From NCBI GenBank assembly GCA_040357565.1, contig JBDODJ010000004.1: a stretch of DNA of 64,000 nucleotides, one strand, 5' to 3'. Below the pieces are notes generated by a model. It saw only the letters and a program-made list of their open reading frames with translations. It made no database searches and was not told where the DNA came from. The position numbers and the translations under genes are program-made. Shown here piece by piece: positions 36,614 through 49,264 of the stretch. This DNA comes from Cercozoa sp. M6MM. Lineage: Eukaryota; Protista; Endomyxa: Ascetosporea. The stretch's first letter is position 1, and every line of letters begins with the position of its first letter.

Positions 36614-38831
36614 ATGCAGCTTATGCGTTGTTTTGGCGCGTATGGACGCAGATGCGCATCATCACTTGCGGCCGATGGCGGAGTTGTGCACAGGCAGCGT
36701 TTGCAGAGCTTTCTAAAGCGCGTTCATCCGGATCTGCTTCGCGCCAGTGCCACCGTAGCTGTGCATCAGACAAACTCTAACTCACTGGTATGCACAAACC
36801 TCCGTATCTTCCTGTTGGCTTCGAGTAGTGGTGTTTCTGCAGACTAAACTGAATTCGCTGCTCGATTTTGCCGAGCGCGCGCAGCAGGAAGACTTGCGCC
36901 GCTTAGGCGCAGTGCCGGCACAAACACGCTTGTCGTTTTATGTGCGCACCGATGATGGTATCGCATGGCACATCCGATGGTTAGTATATAAGTTACCTTT
37001 TTGCAGGCAAATTCGAGAAGGAAGAAGTTGACGTGCTATTCCCGAATGCACAGACTCGGCAGGTGTGACTGTCTTTTTGATGTGTTTCAGTACGTTTTAT
37101 GGTTTTACAGGTGGACCGTCCTGGTGTACGACGTACAGCTAACCTGGTGATCGCGCAGTTGAGTCGACTCGCAGGCGGCTCCGAGGACAGTTGTCCCGCA
37201 AGTACCCCGACTACCTGTCGAGGAGATGACGATCTCACCGACAGTGGTGACACCATGGAGGACGCGCGGTCTTCCCTCGCGTCCGAGTTTGGTCTAAGCG
37301 GTCCTGCTGCACCTCCTCGTGCTGCTGCTCAGCAGCAGCAACCGAAATGGACTCGGGAGACGGCAGTGCACGTCGATGATGAAGGTCTCACCACACGTGC
37401 ACCAAGGTACCTCACTGTGCTGCTTCTTTGGCGTTGCGCACGTGTGCATATGCGCAGACGTAAACGAAAACAAGTGAAACGCAAAGCCGATACGCCAACG
37501 TACTTTTTTAATAGGATTTGGTCCAATATTGGGATTCGTGTGTGTCTACTGGCACAGATGGCACGAAACCAATGATATCACGGCTAACGAAACTGAAGAG
37601 AGCTACTTCCGCCGACTGCTGGAGGTACTAGCGGCGAAGCATGTGCTCTTGTGTTGTCTCTTTGTTAGTGTGCATGTTGTGTTTAAATAGCAAGACTTTG
37701 AGCGACGTGACGAGATGCAGCGTCGCATGCAGTTCCCAACTCAGTTCGAGGTACTGCATTATGTCAGAGACAGATAAATTTCTGTCACTTAAATTGCACA
37801 GGACCAGGGTGACACAAGTGACGCTCCTGTTGACATCGCAAGCTGGTTTAGAAGGGTATTATGTCGTTTTTCCTTGTTTGGTCCGTCATATGGGGTGTGT
37901 TTGCACAGCGACAGGCCGCCGGCTTGCACGGTTTCGATGAACTGCTTTCCGATGAGCAGGTAGCTTAGGAAATAGCTTCGGCCTTTAAAGTGCGTACCAA
38001 GCGAAATTGTGCACTTTCGTCATTCTTGCGTGTACAGAGAAGATCGGCGCTGCGTGCTCTGATCAACGCAGCTCAGGACACTGGGCTCGCGTCCCTACCA
38101 TCACTGCGTCTGTGGCAGGACGTGCGCATTGTCTTCTCGCTCGGCGAGTGGGATGGTAGGCTTCCCTTGCTTGTACTGCTGTGGTTGACGCCTGTACATG
38201 TTTTGTGCAGTGAGACACCGTGCAGGCGAGACTGAGAATTATTTTGACGTTCCTCCACTCGGCAGCTCTGATTTGCTTACCGTACTTTTAGTGCTTGTCT
38301 CTCTTCTTGTGTTCACTAAAAACACCTGTTTAAAGGATCAGTCCGAGTCTGTTGACGTCCATGAGCGTCTGTGGCACGTATTACTACGTCTTCCCAGTTA
38401 ACCAGTAAATCGATTACATTTGCAAGCACAGGAAATGTCACAGCGCGAGTTAGTGGTGCCCTACGATTTCAACGCATCTGAGTTGTCGCAGTTTCTGCAA
38501 CGCTTCCTTAACACTGCTGTTATGCGCTTCCACTCTCGAAGGTAGTTTTGACTTGTTTGTGTTAATGTATGTACTTATATGCACACACGCCGGTTTTTGT
38601 CTGTAGGGACGCATATCTGGCCGTGCTGGGCGATCAGTTCGACATGGATTACAGTCTGGCCTCTCCCAACTCCAACTCAGTCGTAACGATGGGATCGCTG
38701 CGCGATGATCGCAGGTACTGAATTTTGCTCGTTTCTCCAAGTTTGTTAATACCTGCAAGCCTTGCAGCGAGCAAGAGCTCGACCGCCTGCAGCAGCGCCG
38801 GCGGCGACCACAGCGACAGCGACGGCGATAG
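36614..38831 (+). CDS. TCAIM: TCAIM-like mitochondrial protein (DUF4460/DUF4461)
   Basis: Arg-rich transit-peptide-like N-terminus; LQSFLKRVHPDL...NSNSLTKLNSLLD...LSFYVR; C-terminal VVPYDFNASELSQFL. Confidence 0.7.
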
Positions 38832-39072
38832 TTGCTCCGGCCGACTCGCTCAGTCGTACGCGCTTGGTCACGGCGTGCACGATATCGATACGATAGATTG
38901 ATTGGGCCCGGGATCAACGCAAAGCGGCCTACAGACAGCGCGTCTGTGCGTAACTTCTGCGCCTACTATATACACATGCTCGCTTTTCGTGGGTAGTAGA
39001 ACTCGACTTCGGGTCGGTTAGTTACGGCGACGTACACGATATGTGCCATTCGCGTCGCCAACTGTATTTAAG

Positions 39073-41038
39073 CTAGGCCTCGTCCCAGTCGACGTCGTCT
39101 TCGTCTGCTGGCTCCTGCAGTTTGAGATCGCGACCTACGGAAAGAAAAAGGATCTCAATCCCAGACACAAGGGAGAGGAAAGGAAAGCATACCGTCGGCA
39201 GGGAATTCGTGCACCTTGTCCAAATCGAGGTAGCAGAATCGGATGGCCTCCATCATGATCTCAGGCAACTCTTCGTCGTCTTCGCCTTGCACGACAAAGC
39301 CGAAGTCGAACACGGTGGTGCTGATGCTTTCCTTGACACCAGCGAGCGCACGTCGCGCCGGGTAACCGAACTTGTGCACGTCGATCTGGATCTCGAACCA
39401 CCTGTTGCGAGGAACACATCGGTACAGATCGGACACAGCAGGATGCTAAGTAGCGTACTTGAACGGCTGTTTGCTTTTGTAGAAGGAAGATGACGTGCGC
39501 GCCAGGAAGGGTTTCGCATTGTTGCCCGACACCTGCAGGTCGTGCGAGATGCGTTGCTAACTCCTCAGATAGAATAACGAGCATACCAAACGCCGTGTCA
39601 GCATGGAGAAATCAGTTTGTGCAATATTCAATGCGCGTGCAATGACCTAAGACATAGGAGCATATGAGTATACTACACTGTGTGTACCAGAAGCGGGATA
39701 GTGGTACCTTGAAACGCTTGCGCAGCGGCGCTTCGGAGTGTGCGAACACGAAGCGACGCAGCAGTCGCACCGCCGCACGTTCGGCATCGTGGTCACAGTC
39801 GCGCGAGTCAGCTGGCAGGAAAGTGGACACACAGTACAGAGAGAAACTCGGCACTTTCGTCGACGGTGTGTACAAAAAAGGAAGGTACTGGCCTCGGCGT
39901 TAAGCATTTCTTGGCGCACTTCGTCGGTCAAACGAGCGAAGAACTGAACAAAACACAGAGTAAGAACAAAGGGTGCTTTTGGAATGAAAGGGACACAAAG
40001 TGAGGCAAAGGATACCACGAGAGAGTATGACTCGCCGTCAGTCTTGCTACCACCGAACAAGGGTGTCGGCGGGTAGTAGTCTGGAATTTGCACGTTGACT
40101 ACGATGGTGCGTGGCATGCCAACGCGTCTGTCCTCCTCGGTCGCCTGCAGAGAGATAAAAGTTAAAAAACACCTGACTCATGGAAACAACAGCTGCTACC
40201 TCAGGCAAGTCGAAAAACCTCGCAATATTCTCTGAGGACGAAGATCCAAACATTTACACTACGCATGGTTGTGTTGGTGGGTGTGAACGTGGATTACCGA
40301 TCTTTTCACTGGACTTAAAGGTGTCGCATCCCCAAACCTGTCTCCCCAAGCAATATAAAATCACAAGCGTGGGCACAAAAAAGCACTCACTTCGAGAAGC
40401 GAGTCGGCACTTTGCTCCTTGCGGCCATGCGTCGCGTAGTCGGGTCCCACGCGCACGCGGAAATTGCTGCCCGAACTGCAAACACACAAACTCACATATC
40501 ACAACAGCATGTACAGACGCTGAAGCTACAGCGAGTACCTGTTGGTCCACGAGTGCGGTGACAGCTCCTCCAGTGTGTCGGGCGACAACTGGAAACTGTA
40601 GTCGGCACCCTACAGTCCATACAATGCAGAGGATCATAGAAACTGAGTCAGAGAAGGACGCTCTACCAGCGCGGTGTCATGATCCACGCGCTGGATCGTC
40701 GCGCTTGGTTGCAGCAACTCGGCCATCTGTGGGCGCAGCAACATCGCATAATAAAAAAAAATCATACAACCCAGAAAACTCGGTGGTCGCCATCTCTTCA
40801 ACCAAACACGCGAAAAAACGTGCGATACACAGCGTGTCACACCCCACACGTCACTGAAACAGCACCCACACACCACTGGCACCAGCTGGTAATGCAGAAA
40901 GCGATTTGCCACGAGAGAAACAAAACGTGAAGATTTTGCCTACCTGCAGCACGGGTTGCCTTGATTGGCCGCTCAATGCAACAGAACGACACTAAAGCGT
41001 ACGTCTGTGCCTGCAGGGCACAACTTCTTCTCTTGCAT
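39073..41038 (-). CDS. EDR2 C-terminal domain (DUF1336) protein
   Basis: FRVRVGPDY, IVVNVQIPDY, TDGESYSLVFFA, NAKPFLAR, WFEIQIDVHKFGYPARRAL...DFGFVVQGEDDEELPE; start uncertain. Confidence 0.85.
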
Positions 41039-41282
41039 TTTTGTTAAGGCTGCGCAGCATTGGTCGCTGATTCGAGCTTGACCAGTGATTCGCCACAGGA
41101 TGATTTGATCATTAAAATCTAAGTTATTATAGTGCACGACTGCATATATAAGAGTAGGCAGCATTGGGAGGCACTCCCGCCAAAATAGAGGCTGTTTTTT
41201 GTTCCCTGGGCGCCCAGAAGGTGCCTGCACAGCCCAGCGTTTATACTTTATGGCTGGTATTAATCCGGTGCCGACAAGGGCG

Positions 41283-42759
41283 ATGTCGGAACACAAGTTC
41301 CAGTAAGTTGTCATTGAACAAGTGAAGAACCAGAGTTTTTGGCACTGCTTTTTGTGGTGGTGTATTGATACTACTTTGCAGCATCGAGTACGCCACGACA
41401 GGCCGCGCTGGCTGCAAGTACTCAAATTGCAAAAAGAAGATCGTCAAAGGAGCGCTGCGCGTTGCACGCGAAGTGTATGTCACCATGTCCTGACGAAGAA
41501 GAGTGAGTTGAGTTTGATGGAACATATCACAGGCCAAATCCGTTCGACCCGGATGGCAGCGACACGACTCTAAAGTGGTACCACCCGACGTGCTTCTTTG
41601 TCGCACAGCTTCGCGTGCGCAAGGTACCATGTCGTGTTTGAGTACACATGAGGTACCTTGCGTCACACTGTGTACACATGAGGTAGGGCACGCGCAAGCT
41701 GTCGTCGACGGAGGATTTTGAAGGCGACACCAGCGGCATCGACAGCGAGGACATTCGTCTCGTGCAACGTCTGTACAATTCTTTATACTGTTAATCTACT
41801 CTTGTTCCTTTGTGTATAAAGTATTACCTTCCTTCCCATTAGGATCGACGGTGAGACTCTGTGGACCACGACTGATGTCGACGAGTTCCGTTCGATGAAG
41901 GACACGCCAGACAAGCTCGGAGACGACGATGGCGAACACCAAGTATAATCTATCCTGTACACTGTTCTATAACTGTTGTGATGTGACCTTCCAGGTAACT
42001 GGCAAAAAGCGCACCAAGGCGCCTGTCGAGGAGGACACGAAACGTCGTCGCGGCCGGTCCGGCAAAACCGTCGTTGAGGCTGAAGAGGAGGTGCGCCCTC
42101 TTTCGACCTTGTACTGTTTCAACCCCATGTCTTACCTTGTTTTGCCCGTTTCCCCGACAGTCGGATGTGCTGGAGGCAGTGTCACTCGTGCTGACAGGCA
42201 AGGTGCCGGGTCACACGGCCGCTGCCTTTGGAAAACTCGTGACTGGTATGTACACACACGTTGTACTTTGTCCATGTTGGACGGTACAGGTGTTCCTACA
42301 AATTTAGCCAATGGTGGCCAAGTACTTAAGTCAATGTCCAAGAAGTGCGAGGTGTTGGTGCAGTCTCCTTAAACCCACTAGGCCCTCCTTACCCTTACCC
42401 CCCCCCCCCTCCCCACGCGCTCAGGTGTGCGGCGATCGCGGTGTCGGTACGGGCAAGTACAACAAGGCTTTAGACTACGAAATCCCTGTCGTTACTCCCG
42501 AGTACTATTCAAGTGGAGCCCCGCTCGATCACTACGACTTTCTTCCTTACTCCTGGATATAGGTGGGTGCTGCACTCAATTCGAGACGGTGAGAAGAAGG
42601 AACTTGATGCCTACCGTATCGACGTCGAGAGTGAGGACGACCAGGAGGAGGATGAGGACAGCAAGGAGCAGGACACAGAGGAGACAGACGGCCCGGTGTT
42701 GGAAGGTCTCGTTATGGCACTCACCGGCAAAGTTGACGGGTACTTTGCCACCTTACCCC

Positions 42760-42809
<50 letters not shown>

Positions 42810-45800
42810 CACACACACCCGTTATTTTCACCCCCTCCCCCGGACAGTATGACGCGCGACGAGTTCGAATCCAAAGTGGAAGCCGAAGGCGGCTCTCTGA
42901 GCTACACCGTGACGCGCAAGTGCTCGCTGCTGGTACTGCCTCTTAATTGGGTACATAGGTGGTACAAATGGACGGTGGTTTTGGGTAGCTGTGTGGACAC
43001 AACGGTCGCGGCACCTCAAAGTTTCAGAAGGCGCAGAAGCAGGGCCTGCCGATCTTGATGCCGGAGTTCGTTTCTCTATTGTACTCCCTCCCCGCCTTAA
43101 CTCTTTACCCCCCCCCCCCCCCCCGCACAGGTGGGCACTGCACTCGATCCTGGCCGGCAAGCAGCTGGACAAGAGTGAGTACAAGTACGTGTTCGGCCAG
43201 GCACCACCTGCTGCGCCCACGCCAGTCGCCAAGCAGCAGCAGCAGGATGACCCGCAAGAGGAAGAGACTGCTGAGACGCCTGAGCCTGTACATACTGACC
43301 CTTGTCTACGTTACCTTTGACTTCTCAATTGTCTAACTGACTGACTGACTGACTGACTGATTGATTGACTGGACTGACAGATGGAAGACGATGACGAGGC
43401 TGAGGAGGAACCGTTCGAGTTGCCGTCGCCTGCCTCGACACGTGTCTCGACGTAGCTTTACTCTGGGAGAGGCTGCTGAGGGTACAATAGACATGTGTGC
43501 GGTAGTGTCACCAAGCGCAGCAAGGGCAAGACGGCACCGGTGGACGAGGACATGCCGAACGCTGACCAGTACACTGTTGTGCGCGATGACGCCGGTGTTG
43601 TGGTATACCCCTTCTTACATCCCCTACCCCTAACTGACCCTCTTGTGAGCAGTGGCACGCCATGACGAACCAGACCAACATCAGCAACAACAACAACAAG
43701 TACTATCTGCTGCAGCTGCTCAAGCACAACAGCGGCGCCTACTGGACCTTCTTCAAGTGGGGCCGTGTCGGCAAGGTAGCCTCCTCCCCCCCCCCCCCAC
43801 ACACACACACCTATCTTTTAATACTCCTTGTGTGACAGGTGAATGGGTCCAACCCGAAGAAACACGGTAGTTTCGAGGCGGTACATTCTCTATTGATCAC
43901 AATGGATGTGTGGATATAGTTTATCTGTGTCTGTGTCTGTATGTGTTAGGCCAAAGCCTTCTTCTGCAAGCAGTTCCAGTCCAAGACAAAGAACAGCTTC
44001 CCGTACTCTTTGCTTTTCTTGTTTATCCCACCCTTTACCCCCGTGTAGTGTGTCGTTTGCCGACTTTGTGCCGCACCCGAAAAAGTACACACTGCTGCCG
44101 CAGAAGTGTAGGTTTTTGCTCTTTGTTCTCTTTGTGCACTTACCCTCTCCCACCCCACAGTCGGTGCCGATTCAGACGTAGAGAGTGAAGATGGTATTCT
44201 TTGTCTGGATTTTCGTCCCTCCCCCAGACCCCCTCACCTTCAGAGGAGGAAGAGGAGAACAAGGTGGTCAAGGGGCCGTGCACACTGTCGGCGAATGTAC
44301 AGGACTTTATCGGACGAATCTTCGACACTGCTGTATCCTTACCCCCCCCCCCCCCCCCCCCCGCGCCCGTCTCCTTCTCCACCCTCCTTTAACTGCTTGC
44401 TTCCAGGCACTAGACAACACGCTGCGCGAGCTGTCCTACGACTCGTCGAAACTGTAGCCGCTTCTTTGGGGGTCTGTTGTTGCAGTAGGGTAAGGTTGTT
44501 TGTGTGTGTGTGTGTGCAGTCCTCTGGGCCTGCTACATAGCGAGGTGCTGGACGAGGCGCTCGAGGCTCTGTACTATACCCTAGTGACTCTATATTTTTG
44601 GACTGATGTTGTGTTCAGGACGGATTTGGAGAAGGCGATCGACAAGAAGAAGGCGCGTTCGACGATCGAGCGACTGAGCAGTCGGTTTTACACGCTGATT
44701 CCGCACGACTTTGGCATGGCGCGCCTGCCTCTCATTGGTGTCGCCTACCTCATTACCTACTTCTTGCTCCCTTACCCCCCCCCCCTTGATAGACACCAAA
44801 GAAACGGTAAAGGCCAAGGTCGAAATGATCGAGGAGCTGCGCGACATGAAGATTACGACAACCTTGCTGAAGAAGGGTAGGCCTTACCCCTCCTCTTGTT
44901 ATCGTTACCCCCTTGTAACCTTTTTGCTGGTCTCTCTACCCAGACAAGAAGAAGGAGGACACGCGGCATGACCTGGACATTCTGGCTGACAAGCTGCAGT
45001 GCGGCCTGCGTGCACTTGACTCGGTTTGCGATCTCTTTTGTGTGCGTTTTAAGGGGCGGAGTTGTGTTCATGTGTTTATCCATGCAAACAGAGTATCGAG
45101 GAAGACAAGACGCTGCTTGAACTGGTGGAGGAGTACGTGCGCAACACACACGGCGAGACACACACCTGGAAGATGAAGGTATATAAGTGTGTATGTATGT
45201 GAATGTATGTAAAGATTGGTATGGTTTGAAGGTCAAGTACGTCCTTGAGGTGCAACGTGACGGTGAGAGCAATCGCTTCAAGAAACGCTGCGAGGATGCT
45301 CCGTCGGTACCTCTAGCCCCTTTCTCTATCAAAAATATCCTCCATCTACTCTGTTTGCCTGCTTGTGTGCTCAGTTGAAGGAGAACCGCATGATGCTGTG
45401 GCACGGTTCGCGCATGACCAATGTACGGTGGTCACATATGACTCTAACAGCGTGGCTGGCAAGAGGGTACATTGTGCCATGTGTGCAGTGGGTCGGCATT
45501 CTCAAGGAAGGTTTGCGTATCGCGCCGCCGTCTGCTCCTGTCACTGGTGTGTTATATATATATATATACATATTTATATTCCCTCCAGGTTACATGTTCG
45601 GCAAGGGCGTCTACCTGGCCGACGCGGCCAGCAAGTCGTCGCAGTACACGCATTGGCACCTGTCCGAGGTAACCTCATTGTGTGCATTATATTTGTATAA
45701 TGTATAAACCTACAACGTGCAGAACACGGGCGCCATGCTGCTTTGCGAGACTGCACTGGGCAAATTGGTACAGTGTCCCTCGTGTGTTTGTTTCCTGTAT

Positions 45801-46271
45801 ACACATCTGAGCATGTCTGCTGATAGGACACACGTGGCCATGCCGACTCGCGCCTGCCGCGCACGTTGAAGGGCGACTCCTGCTTTGGTATGCNNNNNNN
45901 NNNNNNNNNNNNNNNNNNNNNNNNNNNNNNNNNNNNNNNNNNNNNNNNNNNNNNNNNNNNNNNNNNNNNNNNNNNNNNNNNNNNNNNNNNNNNAGCGCAT
46001 GGCAACCTGCGAGACGCCCCCCCCACAACCCCCCCCCCCCCCAGGCATAACTTTTCTTTGTGGTTTGGGAAATTGAATAGGCCAAGGCATGCGCACGCCC
46101 GATCCATCGCAGGAGACCACGGTGCGTGACGGTGTGCGCGTCCCAAGAGGCAAGCTTATTGACAGCGAGGTCGAGGACACCTCGCTGCGCTACAACGAGT
46201 ATATTGTCTACGACGTCGCGCAGGTTGCCATGCGCTACCTCGTTGTGTTCGAGTTCGACTACTCCGACTAA
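41283..46271 (+). CDS. Poly(ADP-ribose) polymerase: zf-PARP + 2 BRCT + WGR + regulatory + catalytic domains
   Basis: [13 protein letters not shown]...WYHPTCF; two BRCTs; [20 protein letters not shown]; [10 protein letters not shown]; [18 protein letters not shown] and YNEYIVYD (H-Y-E triad intact); 100-N gap at 45894-45993. Confidence 0.95.
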
Positions 46272-46289
46272 ACCGAATCAATTGCGTTG

Positions 46290-46529
46290 TGTTACAGCAT
46301 GATCTACTGTATCCGTGCGGAAGCCACTTTAAGACATACAAAAAAACCTCAAGGGGTGTGGTAGATTTTGATGTGTGTTCACTGGTATTTTGACTGACCA
46401 GCTGATGTCAAGCAAGCAGATGGATTTTCTCTTTTGCCAACTGGCAGACTCAATCTACACGGACAGGCTTTCAGACAGGTCCAGTCACAGCTCTATCGGC
46501 AGCACTACCACAGAGCCACAAACTCTTAG
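46290..46529. repeat. Dispersed repeat family, copy B (starts TGTTACAG)
   Basis: 5' part aligns with copy A (21421), 3' part with copy C (23898-24030). Confidence 0.8.
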
Positions 46530-46542
46530 ATAGTAGACTGTA

Positions 46543-46747
46543 TGCCCCGGATTGGCGGGGCCCTTTTTTTCTTTGGTCTTGTGGGAAAATCCCTATTGTC
46601 AAAAAAAGTGAAAACTTTCCAGAGGGGTACAGTAACTATCAAACATACCAGACACCCAAAGGCAAATAAGGTCCGTCAAGGAAACTTAGGAAAACCCACA
46701 ACGCCTAACGGTTTGATTTTCATAAACGCGCCGCCAATCCGGGGGCA
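46543..46747. mobile_element. MITE, TA-flanked (Tc1/mariner-type)
   Basis: TA|TGCCCCGGATTGGCGG at 46541-46558 and CCGCCAATCCGGGGGCA|TA at 46731-46749: 16-bp terminal inverted repeat with one extra G; AT-rich non-coding interior. Confidence 0.7.
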
Positions 46748-46779
46748 TACCCGCACGAGAGTAACTCGACTAAAGATAG

Positions 46780-48993
46780 CCATACGTCAGCTAGGGGAGC
46801 TGGACATTCCGCATCGTGCTTCAGTATTGTGTGTCACGGACATAAAGCAGCGCAACAATCACGTCAGCGCGAAATGCTTTCTATTTCGAGAACCCGAATC
46901 TCGGTTTGTGTGAAGCGGAACTGGGAGGTCGGTGGTCGGAGTGGCTTCGTCGGTGCGAGTGAGGCACTCACGGTTGTCGCCGTTGTCGCTGCATGTTTAG
47001 ATTCAGAGCGTTGGTGTACAGAATACAGTGCATGGGCACCAGCGAGCTTCAAACGTACCCGTTTTCTTGGAGGCAAGGGAACAGAGTGTTTGAGACGGTC
47101 TCGATTGTGTTGTCTAAACATCAGTTTCATTATTAAGAGTTCGTGGAGGCTGTATTTTAGCACCCGTACGACGTCGCAGAGCTTTTGTGCTCTGCACGAG
47201 ATCAAGCAGTTGGTGTTCAACGAACTGCTCCAGCGCGGCTAGCTCGTAGACGAGGTGGCGTGTGTTCTCCGCAGCCTATTTACATAACTTTGCTTTCAGA
47301 AGTGCAGTCTACTGCAACTGAACTGTTGCTACAATCAGCTGGTGACACACTAAGATACATTTACGCAATATCATTTGATGTAATACCTGCCGAATGACTT
47401 TATCTACCTGTTCGCTGGCTGTGGAGCCGCTGTCGGAATTACAGAGGGAGAGTGGAAGCAAGCTGAAAAGCGTCAAGTGCAAGAGGAAGGTCATCGTCGT
47501 CAATGAGATGACGAAGTTTCGATATGTCAAGGTAGAAGAGTATTTTAGAGCGAGCAAATTCGCTAGAGCGGGTAAGGTAAGAACTTGTAAACTTCTTCGG
47601 AATTCGCTAAAAGACCCGGTTTGGCGTCTCGGACAGACGATTTTACTGTTTAATACGTGGTTTATTCGAAAAATATAAATTCATGAGCAATCTTGACCAT
47701 GACTACAGCGCAGTATACAGTAATCGCGATTCTACGACAGCAGGCGTGTGCTTGCAGTCTGGAAGCTGCACTAACGCAAAGAATCATCTATGATGCGGCC
47801 TGCATTGGCATCGATAACGAATCGAAACACAGTGAGCGAAAGGAGCTCGGCAGGAATCGATAACGAAGTGAACTTGTTCCAGGCTCCTTCCGAACTCCGC
47901 GGTTTCCTGAACATTGTAAACGAGGCTTGCGAATTGCTTTTGCAGCACACACGTCTCGAAAGTTCCCCGCAGGCGCGACAAGTGGCCGCGGCATGTATGT
48001 CTTTCGATATCGCTGGCGTTATATCTTTAGAGAATGTGTTGTGTGCCTGCGCAGTAGCCGACACTGTGAGCAAAGCGGTGCATTTCCAAGCGAGAAACCA
48101 TCAACAATCCAAACATTCCTGCACTGATGAAAACACGCCGGCGAATTTGCAAGCACATAGTGTTAAAGCAGTGACGAGCAAGTTGCACGACAGTGTTGTT
48201 GCTGTGTCGCTCGTATACGCGCAGAACCAGCGACTTAAGCAGCACGCGCGCTGCTCAGTGCGAGGCAAGTCAAAACTAACTGAACCGGCAGGTAGCTTTG
48301 GCTCATTGTTTATCCTAAAGCAGAGCTGGAACGCATGCGAAGCGACATCAACAACATACGAAGCACTGTTCGACAGTTGCAGCGAGAACGGTATGTTCTG
48401 GACAATATCACAGGTGTACAGTACCTTCTGTTGTGCAAGTGTGTTCGTGCAGAGACAGTATTTTTGTGGTGTGCACCCGTGCCACCACTCAGCTACGCTC
48501 GCTGCAGAAACACAACGCGTATCTCCAAGATCGCTTGCTGCAGGTATCGTACATCTGGTTTACAGACACGTCCCGTGCATGAATGCGTTGAAGCAGAGAC
48601 TGCGAAACAACCGAGACGATGCCGCGCAAGCGGCGGTGCAAGCACGCTCATTGAGAGCAATTTTGCAGGAGGCTGCCACACTGCTCGGGTGCACTCTACC
48701 TCACCCGGTCGCGGAAGTGCCTCCCACACCCTGTTTGCAAGCAGCCACTTCCTTGACTGGTACAGTTGGTTTGTTGTTGTCTTTAATGTGTGAAAGTCAG
48801 TGGGCAATATACAACTCATGAGAACAGGACGTCTGCAAGAAGCCTGCTACGTTGCGCAGTGCATCGTCGAACACGTTGTAAGGAAGGTCCAACAACTGAA
48901 CGTCACGGTGCATTGATTACTCGTACAAAAAAGTCCAGTAGTCCATATCAGTTGCAAGTGCTGTACAACTCAGGGATCCAGTTGAGTGAGTAG
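46780..48993 (+). CDS. Hypothetical protein
   Basis: 343-aa open frame at 47790-48821 plus GT-AG-bounded upstream segments; no recognisable motif; boundaries uncertain. Confidence 0.35.
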
Positions 48994-49264
48994 CGTAGTA
49001 CTTAGAACGGAAATGAACCACAAGACGGACAACCCACGAGAAAACAGAGAAAAAACACACCAACCAAGAAAACCTGCCCGAATTAAACTATAAATCGTGC
49101 TGCTTCGCAACTAAACATACGTGCACGCCCGTGTATACTCAGAAAACTCGAATACAGCGGAGTCTGTTTTTGATCCCATGCCTCGGGAGCGCCGGGAACA
49201 ATAATTCAAAATTTCGCGCGCCACAAGTTTGTCGTTTGGGTCTCAACAACGATCTCACACAAAT

